From Melioribacter roseus (GTDB lineage Bacteria; Bacteroidota; Ignavibacteria; Ignavibacteriales; Melioribacteraceae): a stretch of 64,000 nucleotides of DNA. Within the stretch, counting starts at the first letter, position 1. Each line of letters opens with the position of its first letter. The notes under the pieces are model-generated. The model saw nothing but the letters and a program-made list of their open reading frames with translations, was not told where the DNA came from and made no database searches. A program made the translations under genes and the position numbers. Positions 28,887 to 36,964 of this stretch are shown one piece after another. Location of the stretch: the NCBI GenBank assembly GCA_020723165.1, contig DYJK01000004.1, positions 3,270 to 67,269 on the forward strand, written 5' to 3'.

Positions 28887-29618
28887 ATGCATAAAATTTA
28901 TGGACGTAAACCCGTACTGGAAGCAATCAATTCCGGGGTGGAATTAGAAGTAATCTATATTGCATTTGGTCAACACGGAGAAATTATCAATAATATTTTT
29001 AATGCCGCTAAAAAACACAAAATTAAAATCTCGCAATTATCACATTCCAAATTTGAACAGCTTGCCGAAGATAAGAACACACAAGGCGTAATTGCTGTTA
29101 AGAGTTCTCAAGAATATTATTCCGTTGATGAAATAATCGATTCATCAAAACAATCAAAATATCCGTTGCTGTTGCTACTTGATTCCATACAAGATCCGCA
29201 TAACCTTGGCGCAATTTTACGTACAGTAGAATGTGCCGGTGCTGATGGTGTGTTTATCACAACAAATAACAGCGCATCCATTACAGACGTTGTCGAAAAG
29301 ATTTCTGCCGGGGCAGTTTCGCATCTTAAAATTTGTAAAGTGAACAATCTAAATCATGTTATCGAGCAACTCAAAAAAAACGGATTTTGGATTATAGGTA
29401 CCCACCTTAGCGGAGAGAAAAATTATTCCGATTTAGATTATAAAATGCCCACCGCACTTGTAATGGGAAATGAGGAAAAAGGGATTCGTAAACTTGTTGC
29501 TGATAATTGCGATTTCCTTGTGAAGATTCCAATGAAAGGGAAGATTGATTCGTTAAACGTATCGGTTACAACCGGTATTTTACTTTTTGAAATCCTACGA
29601 CAACGAAGCCACAATTAA
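28887..29618 (+). CDS. rlmB: 23S rRNA 2'-O-ribose methyltransferase, SpoU/TrmH family (RlmB-like)
   Basis: 243 aa. DSIQDPHNLGAILRTVECAGADGVF, MGNEEKGI and SLNVSVTTGILLFE. Confidence 0.85.
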   Translation: MHKIYGRKPVLEAINSGVELEVIYIAFGQHGEIINNIFNAAKKHKIKISQLSHSKFEQLAEDKNTQGVIAVKSSQEYYSVDEIIDSSKQSKYPLLLLLDSIQDPHNLGAILRTVECAGADGVFITTNNSASITDVVEKISAGAVSHLKICKVNNLNHVIEQLKKNGFWIIGTHLSGEKNYSDLDYKMPTALVMGNEEKGIRKLVADNCDFLVKIPMKGKIDSLNVSVTTGILLFEILRQRSHN

Positions 29619-29736
29619 TTCCAGCCGTAATAATTTTTGGAACGATTTACTTCAAAAAAAGGTTTACAATTATAATCTTGACATTTTTTTCCAGATTGAA
29701 TAGGTTTAACTATAAAAATCTGAAAAAAAGGCAAAA

Positions 29737-31215
29737 ATGAATGAATTAGAAGAAAATACGGCGCAAGAACTATCCGATGATATGAAAATACTTGATGAAC
29801 ATATCGATTCCGAATATAAATGGGGATTTGTTACTGATATTGAATCTGAGTCGGCTCCTAAGGGATTGAGTGAAGAGATAGTACGTTTCATCTCTGCAAA
29901 AAAGCATGAACCGGTGTGGATGACAGATTGGCGTCTGAAAGCATTCCGTCATTGGAAGAAAATGGAAGAACCTCATTGGTCCAATGTTCACTATCCACCG
30001 ATCGATTACCAGGATATAAGTTATTACTCCGCTCCAAAGAGTAAACCGCAGTTAAACAGTTTAGATGAAGTTGATCCTGAATTATTAAAGACATTTGAAA
30101 AATTGGGAATACCACTCGAAGAACAAAAAATACTTTCAGGTGTTGCTGTTGATGCGGTTTTCGATTCGGTTTCTGTTGCTACGACATTCAAAGAAACATT
30201 AAAAGAAAAAGGAATAATTTTTTGTTCGATCTCGGAAGCAATACAAGAGCATCCCGAAATTGTAAAGAAATATCTAGGTTCAGTTGTTCCTTACACAGAT
30301 AATTATTATGCAGCACTCAACTCTGCTGTTTTTAGTGATGGGTCATTTGTGTTCATACCCAAAGGTGTTAGGTGTCCGATGGAGTTGTCAACTTATTTCA
30401 GGATTAATGCACAAGAGACCGGGCAATTTGAACGCACACTTATTATTGCTGAAGAAAGTGCATATGTAAGCTATCTTGAAGGATGCACAGCCCCGATACG
30501 TGATAACAATCAGTTGCATGCTGCTGTTGTAGAACTTGTTGTACTTGATGATGCAGAAATAAAATACTCAACAGTTCAGAATTGGTATCCGGGTGATAAA
30601 GAAGGTAGGGGAGGTATTTATAATTTTGTAACCAAACGTGGAGCTTGTAGAGGAAAAAATTCTAAAATTTCCTGGACCCAAGTTGAAACCGGTTCAGCCA
30701 TAACATGGAAATACCCAAGCTGCATTCTGCAAGGTGATAATTCTATAGGCGAATTTTATTCCGTTGCGGTTACAAATAATTATCAGCAAGCCGATACCGG
30801 CACCAAAATGATTCATATTGGAAAAAATACAAGAAGCACAGTTATATCAAAAGGTATTTCTGCCGGAAATAGTAACAATTCATATAGAGGATTAGTTAGA
30901 GTAGGAAAAAATGCAATTGGTGCCCGCAATTTTACTCAATGCGATTCAATGTTGATGAGTGATAAATGCGGTGCTAATACATTTCCTTACATAGAAGTAG
31001 AAAATGACTCGGCTAAAGTTGAACACGAAGCAACAACATCAAAAGTTGGGGAAGATCAAATATTTTATTTAAACCAGAGAGGCATTTCAACAGAAGATGC
31101 TGTTAACATGATAGTTAACGGGTTCTGCAAAGAAGTTTTTAACGAACTGCCGATGGAATTTGCAGTGGAAGCACAAAAGCTGCTTGCGATTAGTCTTGAG
31201 GGTTCGGTTGGGTAG
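29737..31215 (+). CDS. sufB: Fe-S cluster assembly protein SufB
   Basis: 492 aa. [26 protein letters not shown] and [19 protein letters not shown]. Confidence 0.95.
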   Translation: MNELEENTAQELSDDMKILDEHIDSEYKWGFVTDIESESAPKGLSEEIVRFISAKKHEPVWMTDWRLKAFRHWKKMEEPHWSNVHYPPIDYQDISYYSAPKSKPQLNSLDEVDPELLKTFEKLGIPLEEQKILSGVAVDAVFDSVSVATTFKETLKEKGIIFCSISEAIQEHPEIVKKYLGSVVPYTDNYYAALNSAVFSDGSFVFIPKGVRCPMELSTYFRINAQETGQFERTLIIAEESAYVSYLEGCTAPIRDNNQLHAAVVELVVLDDAEIKYSTVQNWYPGDKEGRGGIYNFVTKRGACRGKNSKISWTQVETGSAITWKYPSCILQGDNSIGEFYSVAVTNNYQQADTGTKMIHIGKNTRSTVISKGISAGNSNNSYRGLVRVGKNAIGARNFTQCDSMLMSDKCGANTFPYIEVENDSAKVEHEATTSKVGEDQIFYLNQRGISTEDAVNMIVNGFCKEVFNELPMEFAVEAQKLLAISLEGSVG

Positions 31216-31221
31216 TTAGTT

Positions 31222-31262
31222 AATTCTGACGACCCCGATTTATCGGGGGAGGAAGAATCTCA
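31222..31262 (-). repeat. GC-hairpin intergenic element, family B (reverse orientation)
   Basis: The reverse complement reads GATTCTTCCTC-CCCCGATAAATCGGGG-TCGTCAGAATTA. It has the same GATTCTTC...hairpin...TCAGAAT shell as 31331-31367. Confidence 0.65.
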
Positions 31263-31330
31263 AAACTGATGAAACAAAAAAATAATTAAAGGAGTTACCA
31301 ACGAAGAAAAATCGATGACGTGAAGTCATG

Positions 31331-31367
31331 GAGATTCTTCGTCCCGACAAGTCGGGACTCAGAATTA
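31331..31367 (+). repeat. GC-hairpin intergenic element, family B
   Basis: GAGATTCTTC-GTCCCGACAAGTCGGGAC-TCAGAATTA. The hairpin core TCCCGACAAGTCGGGA recurs at 782-799 inside the tRNA-like pseudogene. Confidence 0.7.
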
Positions 31368-31381
31368 AAAAGAGGATGGAA

Positions 31382-32146
31382 ATGTTAACAATCAAAAATT
31401 TACATGCTAACGTTGAAGGGAAAGAAATTCTTAAAGGAATTGATCTCGAAATAAATACCGGTGAGGTTCACGCTATCATGGGTCCTAACGGATCGGGAAA
31501 AAGTACACTAGCAAATGTTCTTGCCGGCAATGGAGGTTATGAAGTAACAGCCGGAGAAATTCGGTTCGAGGGTAAAAATTTACTTGAGCTAGATCCTGAA
31601 GATAGAGCAAGGGAAGGAATGTTCCTTGCTTTCCAATATCCGGTAGAAATTCCGGGTGTGAGTAATGCTACATTTTTAAAAACAGCAATAAACGAAGTAA
31701 GAAAGTATCACGGTAAACCCGAGCTGACTCCGAAAGAATTTTTAGACCTGATGAGAGATAAATCCAAGATACTTGGCATGGATGAGAATTTGATAAGTCG
31801 GTCTGTCAACGTTGGTTTTTCAGGAGGCGAAAAAAAACGGAATGAAATATTTCAATTATTGATGATGAATCCAAAACTCGCACTTCTTGATGAAACCGAT
31901 TCCGGACTTGATATCGATGCACTTAAAATTGTATCGAACGGAGTAAACATCTTTAAAAATAAAAATAACGCAGTGCTCGTGGTAACACATTATCAACGGT
32001 TGCTTAATTATATCGTACCTGATTTTGTACACGTTCTCTATAAAGGTAAGATTATAAAAACCGGTACAAAAGAATTGGCACTCGAACTTGAAGACAAAGG
32101 TTACGATTGGATAAAACCGGATTTAATTGAAGCTGAAACTGCATGA
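31382..32146 (+). CDS. sufC: Fe-S cluster assembly ATPase SufC
   Basis: [22 protein letters not shown]...GPNGSGKST...[11 protein letters not shown]...[10 protein letters not shown]. Start placed at the ATG 6 nt after AAGAGG. The 18 extra N-terminal codons in the ORF track are read through the repeat element. Confidence 0.9.
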   Translation: MLTIKNLHANVEGKEILKGIDLEINTGEVHAIMGPNGSGKSTLANVLAGNGGYEVTAGEIRFEGKNLLELDPEDRAREGMFLAFQYPVEIPGVSNATFLKTAINEVRKYHGKPELTPKEFLDLMRDKSKILGMDENLISRSVNVGFSGGEKKRNEIFQLLMMNPKLALLDETDSGLDIDALKIVSNGVNIFKNKNNAVLVVTHYQRLLNYIVPDFVHVLYKGKIIKTGTKELALELEDKGYDWIKPDLIEAETA

Positions 32147-32159
32147 TGAAGGAAATGAA

Positions 32160-33518
32160 ATGAACAAAATACCTGAATTTGAAAGTACAAAAGAGTGGTA
32201 CATTTCTAATTTCAAAAGTTTTGAAGAACAACTCAACGGCCAGTCAAAAACTTTTTTGCATGATATCCGCAGAGATGCCTTGGTAAAATTTGCCGAGTTA
32301 AATTTTCCAACGTTACGTGAGGAAGAATGGAAATACACGAGTGTATCGCCAATCCTAAAGAATAATTTTCATCCGGTAATCGATCTAGCACAAATTACTT
32401 TTTCAAAAGAGGATTTGAAAAAATTTCTTTTTCCCGGTTTTGATTTTTATTTAATGACGTTTGTTAATGGAATTTTTAATTCGGAATTAAGCGATATATC
32501 CGGGCTGCCTAACAATGTTGTTCTTGGAAGTTTGAAAGAGTTATCTAAAAGTAATCCCGGACTAATCAAAGAGCATCTTAACGCATATACAAAGATTGAT
32601 AACTCATTCAACGCACTTAATTTTATTTATTCAACCGATGGTGCAGTTGTGATTATTCCGGATAAAGTGGTTTTGGAAAAACCGGTACAGATTATTTATA
32701 TCAACGGTACTGATGGCAGTAATATTTTGTCAACTCCGCATAACCTGATTATAGCCGGAAAGAATTCTCAAGTATCGGTAATTAATAATTATTCGGGGCT
32801 AGGAGAAAATTTATATTTTACTAATGCAATAACAGAAATTCACACTGATGAGAATTCAATTGTAGATTATTATAAAGTTCAAAACGAGAACGATAATTCT
32901 TATCATATTGAAAAATTACAAGCTCATCAGAAGAAGAACAGCATTTTCAATCATTACAATTTTAACTTTGGTGGCGGGATAGTTCGAAATGACATTAATT
33001 CGATTTTGGATGATGAAAATATCGAAACGCATTATTACGGTTTATACTTAGCAAAAGGGAAACAGCATATTGATAATCATACTTTTGTAGATCATGCTAA
33101 ACCGAATTGTGTCAGCAACGAAATTTATAAAGGCATACTCGATGATGATTCCCGCGGAGTATTCAACGGTAAAATAATTGTTAGAAAGGATGCGCAAAAA
33201 ACAAATGCGTATCAGCAGAATAAAACTATCCTTCTTTCAAAAAGTGCGCGCATAGATACAAAACCGCAATTGGAAATTTTTGCAGATGATGTCCGCTGTA
33301 CTCACGGTGCGACTGTTGGGCATCTTGATGATACAGCTAATTTTTATATCCGTACACGTGGAATACCGGATGAACTCGCTAAATCAATTTTGATACGTGC
33401 TTTTGCTAATGATATTGTTGAAACTGTAAAGATTGAGCAAATGCGCGAACAACTTAATCACATGATATTTGAACATTTGCAGAGAGTAGAAATAATTGAT
33501 TCTGAGAAATCCCGATAA
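32160..33518 (+). CDS. sufD: Fe-S cluster assembly protein SufD
   Basis: About 452 aa counted from MNKIPEF. C-terminal SufBD-domain motifs (TKPQLEIFADDVRCTHGATVG). The last 6 codons and the stop lie inside repeat 33497-33538. Confidence 0.85.
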   Translation: MNKIPEFESTKEWYISNFKSFEEQLNGQSKTFLHDIRRDALVKFAELNFPTLREEEWKYTSVSPILKNNFHPVIDLAQITFSKEDLKKFLFPGFDFYLMTFVNGIFNSELSDISGLPNNVVLGSLKELSKSNPGLIKEHLNAYTKIDNSFNALNFIYSTDGAVVIIPDKVVLEKPVQIIYINGTDGSNILSTPHNLIIAGKNSQVSVINNYSGLGENLYFTNAITEIHTDENSIVDYYKVQNENDNSYHIEKLQAHQKKNSIFNHYNFNFGGGIVRNDINSILDDENIETHYYGLYLAKGKQHIDNHTFVDHAKPNCVSNEIYKGILDDDSRGVFNGKIIVRKDAQKTNAYQQNKTILLSKSARIDTKPQLEIFADDVRCTHGATVGHLDDTANFYIRTRGIPDELAKSILIRAFANDIVETVKIEQMREQLNHMIFEHLQRVEIIDSEKSR

Positions 33519-33538
33519 AATCGGGATGACGAAGAATT
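33497..33538 (-). repeat. GC-hairpin intergenic element, family B (reverse orientation), overlapping the sufD 3' end
   Basis: TGATTCTGAGAAATCCCGATAAAATCGGGATGACGAAGAATT. The reverse complement has the GAATTCTTCGTC-ATCCCGATTTTATCGGGAT-TTCTCAGAATC shell. Confidence 0.6.
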
Positions 33539-33554
33539 AAAAAATAGGTGTAAA

Positions 33555-34805
33555 ATGATAAACACAATCCCGGAAGTAAAAAGAAAATTTGATGTTGAAG
33601 TGGTTCGTAATGATTTCCCGATTTTAAAGAGGCAGATAAACGGGAAGCAGCTCGTTTATTTAGACAATGCAGCCACAACACAGAAACCGCAGACGGTGAT
33701 TGATGCGTTAACACATTATTACACTTATGATAATGCCAACATTCACCGAGGTCTATACTTTTTAAGTGAGTTTGCAACCGAACAATATGAAAATGCGCGT
33801 TTGAAAGTAAAAGAATTTATCAACGCACTCAGTGCTTCCGAAATAATTTTTGTAAAAGGTGCGACCGAAGCAATAAACCTTGTTGCTACTTCACTTTGCC
33901 GAAATAATTTTTTCAACGAGGGGGATGAGATAATTGTTTCCAACATGGAACACCATGCTAATATTGTTCCCTGGCAATTAATGAGTGATAGAAAAAATGT
34001 TAAGTTAAAAGTGATTCCAATTAATGATAACGGTGAACTCAATATCGATGCATTCATTTCATTGATAAGTGAAAAAACCAAAATTGTTTCTGTAGTTCAT
34101 ATTTCTAATGCGCTCGGAACAGTTAATCCCATAAAAAAAATTATTGAGATAGCACATTCGTATAACATACCGGTTTTGATTGACGGTGCACAAGCAATAC
34201 CTCATGTTAAGGTTGATGTTCAGGAACTGGACGCCGACTTTTATGTTTTTTCCGGGCACAAAGTTTTTGGTCCAACTGGAATAGGTGTACTGTACGGCAA
34301 AACAGAATATCTTGAAATGATGCCGCCATACCAGGGTGGTGGTGATATGATCAGAACCGTCACGTTTGAAAAAACCACTTTTGACGATATCCCCAAAAAA
34401 TTTGAAGCCGGTACACCTAACATAGCCGGTGGAATAGGGCTTGGTGCATCGATCGATTATTTGAATCAATTTGACCGCGATGAATTAAAAAAGTATGAAG
34501 ACAATTTGCTTAAATATGCTACAGAACAATTGTCTGCCGTGGATGGATTGAGAATAATAGGTACCGCAAAAGAAAAATCTTCGGTAATATCATTTATCAT
34601 TGAAGGAATCCATCCTTATGATATTGGAACAATAATCGATACCGATGGAATTGCAATTCGCACCGGTCATCATTGCGCACAACCTGTTATGAGGAGATTT
34701 AATGTGCCGGCTACGGCCCGTGCATCTTTATGTTTTTATAATACGAAAGAAGAAATTGATAAACTTGTTGTTGGATTAAACAAAGTAAAAAAAATGTTTG
34801 CATGA
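33555..34805 (+). CDS. sufS: cysteine desulfurase SufS (class II aminotransferase V)
   Basis: 416 aa. [28 protein letters not shown] (PLP Lys) and RTGHHCAQP (active-site Cys). Confidence 0.92.
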   Translation: MINTIPEVKRKFDVEVVRNDFPILKRQINGKQLVYLDNAATTQKPQTVIDALTHYYTYDNANIHRGLYFLSEFATEQYENARLKVKEFINALSASEIIFVKGATEAINLVATSLCRNNFFNEGDEIIVSNMEHHANIVPWQLMSDRKNVKLKVIPINDNGELNIDAFISLISEKTKIVSVVHISNALGTVNPIKKIIEIAHSYNIPVLIDGAQAIPHVKVDVQELDADFYVFSGHKVFGPTGIGVLYGKTEYLEMMPPYQGGGDMIRTVTFEKTTFDDIPKKFEAGTPNIAGGIGLGASIDYLNQFDRDELKKYEDNLLKYATEQLSAVDGLRIIGTAKEKSSVISFIIEGIHPYDIGTIIDTDGIAIRTGHHCAQPVMRRFNVPATARASLCFYNTKEEIDKLVVGLNKVKKMFA

Positions 34806-34814
34806 CTACTTCAT

Positions 34815-34889
34815 ATCCCCCCTCCGTCACTCTGAGCGACTCGACTGAGTTCGTCGAAGAGAAGGAGGAAGATTATGGGTGTGGTTGAG
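34815..34889 (+). repeat. GC-rich palindromic intergenic element, family A copy 1
   Basis: About 75 nt. The 39-nt core CTCTGAGCGACTCGACTGAGTTCGTCGAAGAGAAGGAGG (34830-34868) is identical to 39269-39307. The flanks are about 85-90% alike. Confidence 0.85.
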
Positions 34890-34897
34890 GAAAATAA

Positions 34898-35212
34898 ATG
34901 ATTGACAAAGGAAAATTAGAACAAGAAATAATTCAGGTTCTCAAAACTTGTTTCGATCCCGAAATTCCAGTGGATATTTGGGAGCTCGGATTGATTTATG
35001 AAATTAGAATTGACGATGAAGGGAATTCTTATGTTAAAATGACCTTAACTTCTCCGCACTGCCCGGTTGCCGGAAGTTTGCCGCCGGAAGTGAAAGAAAA
35101 AGTTAAAAGTGTTAAAGGTGTTAAAGATGTTTATCTCGATCTTGTTTGGGAACCACCGTGGAGTATGGATAAGATGACCGAGGTTGCAAAACTGGAACTT
35201 GGTTTCCTTTAG
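34898..35212 (+). CDS. DUF59 / SufT-like Fe-S assembly protein
   Basis: 104 aa. FDPEIPVDIWELGLIY...MTLTSPHCPV. Confidence 0.8.
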   Translation: MIDKGKLEQEIIQVLKTCFDPEIPVDIWELGLIYEIRIDDEGNSYVKMTLTSPHCPVAGSLPPEVKEKVKSVKGVKDVYLDLVWEPPWSMDKMTEVAKLELGFL

Positions 35213-35225
35213 AAAAACAAGTTCC

Positions 35226-35297
35226 ATTCAGAGTCCCGATGCTGAGCGGCTCGGCTGAGCTCGCCGAGGCTTTGTCGAAGCATGGGATGAAGAATCA
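35226..35297. repeat. degenerate composite of family A/B hairpin elements
   Basis: ATTCAGAGTCCCGATG-CTGAGCGGCTCGGCTGAGCTCGCCGAGG-...CATGGGATGAAGAATC. The core resembles the family A core with transitions, and the shell resembles family B in reverse orientation. Confidence 0.5.
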
Positions 35298-35382
35298 CAA
35301 ACTAATTTTAGTGTCATATAAAATAATTTAAAACATAAAAATCATTCAAAAAGAAGTGAAGTATTAGGCAAACCCTTGATCG

Positions 35383-35415
35383 GAGATTCTTCAGTCGCTC
35401 CACTCCTTCAGAATG
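35383..35415 (+). repeat. family B-like element (shell conserved, different core)
   Basis: GAGATTCTTC-AGTCGCTCCACTCCT-TCAGAATG. Confidence 0.5.
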
Positions 35416-35435
35416 AAAAATGAAAGGAAAAAATC

Positions 35436-35972
35436 ATGTTCACTATAAATCAAAGAGCACCTATTTACGATCCCGAAGCTGTTCAACCGATGAGGGATGA
35501 ATTAGTCTTTGTTGGTTTTGAGGAATTGTTAACCCCTCAATCCATTGAAGATGTTCTATCACAAAACAATGATGGAACAGTTTTGGTGATGATAAATTCA
35601 GTTTGCGGATGTGCAGCCGGAAGCGCAAGACCGGGTGTAACATTGGCACTTCAACATAATGTCATTCCCGATAAACTTGTAACAGTGTTTGCCGGACAAG
35701 ACCGCGACGCTGTTGATCATCTGCGGAATAAATATTTAGCTAACGTTCCTCCTTCTTCACCATTTATAGCGCTATTTGAAAATGGTAAAGCGATCTATTT
35801 AATGCCACGTCACAAGATCGAAGGAAGATATGCTGAGGAAATTGCAGATGAATTAAAAGATGTTTTTAATCAATATTGTAAAAAAGTTGGTCCATCTGTA
35901 TCTCCTGAAAAATATGCCGAACTTGTTCATGCTAAAATGTGCGGTTCGAAAATACCGTTAAATAATAATTGA
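35436..35972 (+). CDS. bacilliredoxin BrxA/BrxB (YphP/YqiW, DUF1094) family, with C-terminal extension
   Basis: VLVMINSVCGCAAGSARPG...VTVFAGQDRDAV...PSSPFIALFENGKAIYLMPRHKIEG closely parallels B. subtilis YphP, including the CGC redox motif. At 178 aa it is about 30 aa longer than typical family members. Confidence 0.85.
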   Translation: MFTINQRAPIYDPEAVQPMRDELVFVGFEELLTPQSIEDVLSQNNDGTVLVMINSVCGCAAGSARPGVTLALQHNVIPDKLVTVFAGQDRDAVDHLRNKYLANVPPSSPFIALFENGKAIYLMPRHKIEGRYAEEIADELKDVFNQYCKKVGPSVSPEKYAELVHAKMCGSKIPLNNN

Positions 35973-35973
35973 A

Positions 35974-36037
35974 CCCCTCCTAAATCCTCCCCATACTCGC
36001 CTCGCTACGCAAGGCGGAGCGGGTTAGGGGAGGACTT
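35974..36037. repeat. GC-rich palindromic intergenic element
   Basis: CCTCCCC-ATA-CTCGCC-TCGCTACGCAA-GGCGGAG-CGGGTTA-GGGGAGG: nested inverted repeats between the brx-like and rrf2 genes. Confidence 0.6.
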
Positions 36038-36056
36038 AAAGAGAAGAGTAAGTAAT

Positions 36057-36527
36057 ATGAAATTTAGTGCACAAGAAGAATATGGTTTGCGATGTTTAAT
36101 CCGGATAGGAAAATTTTACCGCGTTGGTAAATCATTAACTATACCCGAGATTAGCAGAGCAGAGGGATTAACGGAACACAACACCGGTAAGATACTGCGT
36201 GTTCTTAGACTCGGTGGATTTTTAACTGCTGGCAGAGGTCAGCTTGGCGGATACACTTTATCGCGTCCGCCGGAAGAAATAAGTATTGGTGATATACTAA
36301 CTGTTCTTGGCGGAAAATTATATGATGATACATTTTGCCAGATGCATTCTGGCACAACCGACTTTTGCACAAATACTATTGACTGTTCTGTTAGATCCTT
36401 ATGGCGTGTAATCCAGGAGTCAGTTGATTCTGTAATAAGCAGCATGACGTTAAACGATCTCTTAGGTTCGGAGAAATATCTGTTTGAAATCGTAAGCAGC
36501 CACACTTCTAAAATAGCATCCAATTAA
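36057..36527 (+). CDS. Rrf2-family transcriptional regulator (IscR/SufR-like role possible)
   Basis: 156 aa. MKFSAQEEYGLRCLIRIG...TIPEISRAEGLTEHNTGKILRVLRLGGFL. Three clustered Cys (FCQMHSGTTDFCTNTIDCS). Confidence 0.8.
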   Translation: MKFSAQEEYGLRCLIRIGKFYRVGKSLTIPEISRAEGLTEHNTGKILRVLRLGGFLTAGRGQLGGYTLSRPPEEISIGDILTVLGGKLYDDTFCQMHSGTTDFCTNTIDCSVRSLWRVIQESVDSVISSMTLNDLLGSEKYLFEIVSSHTSKIASN

Positions 36528-36627
36528 CATTTTCATATTCAGTGATTATACTCATATTATTTTTTTTTACCTTTGATATGGGAAAATCAAATCGTTATTT
36601 TATCAACGGATAAACGGGAAGAACATA

Positions 36628-36954
36628 ATGAACAAACCCCAATATTTTTTCCTTATCGCTTTACTCTTCGTTTTTTATATAACGGCGTGTTGTAATTGCG
36701 GAAAAACTACAGATGAAAACACGGTGAGAGGTGTAATCATTATTGTGGACCACGATCCTTTTTCCAAAGTTGCTGTGATGATGGAAAATGAAAAAACTTA
36801 TATCCTGGAGTGTGATAAAAAGACCGAAAAGGAATTAAGAGATAACCAAGGCAAACATTACATTATTAAATTTAGCGAAAGCAAAGTTGAAGAAGGTGTA
36901 CCCATATTAGTTGTTGAAAATATTGAACAGTATAACTATTTCGAATCAAAATAA
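36628..36954 (+). CDS. small hypothetical lipoprotein/secreted protein
   Basis: 108 aa. Hydrophobic leader ending ...FYITACCNCG. Confidence 0.45.
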   Translation: MNKPQYFFLIALLFVFYITACCNCGKTTDENTVRGVIIIVDHDPFSKVAVMMENEKTYILECDKKTEKELRDNQGKHYIIKFSESKVEEGVPILVVENIEQYNYFESK

Positions 36955-36964
36955 AGAGTTCAAA

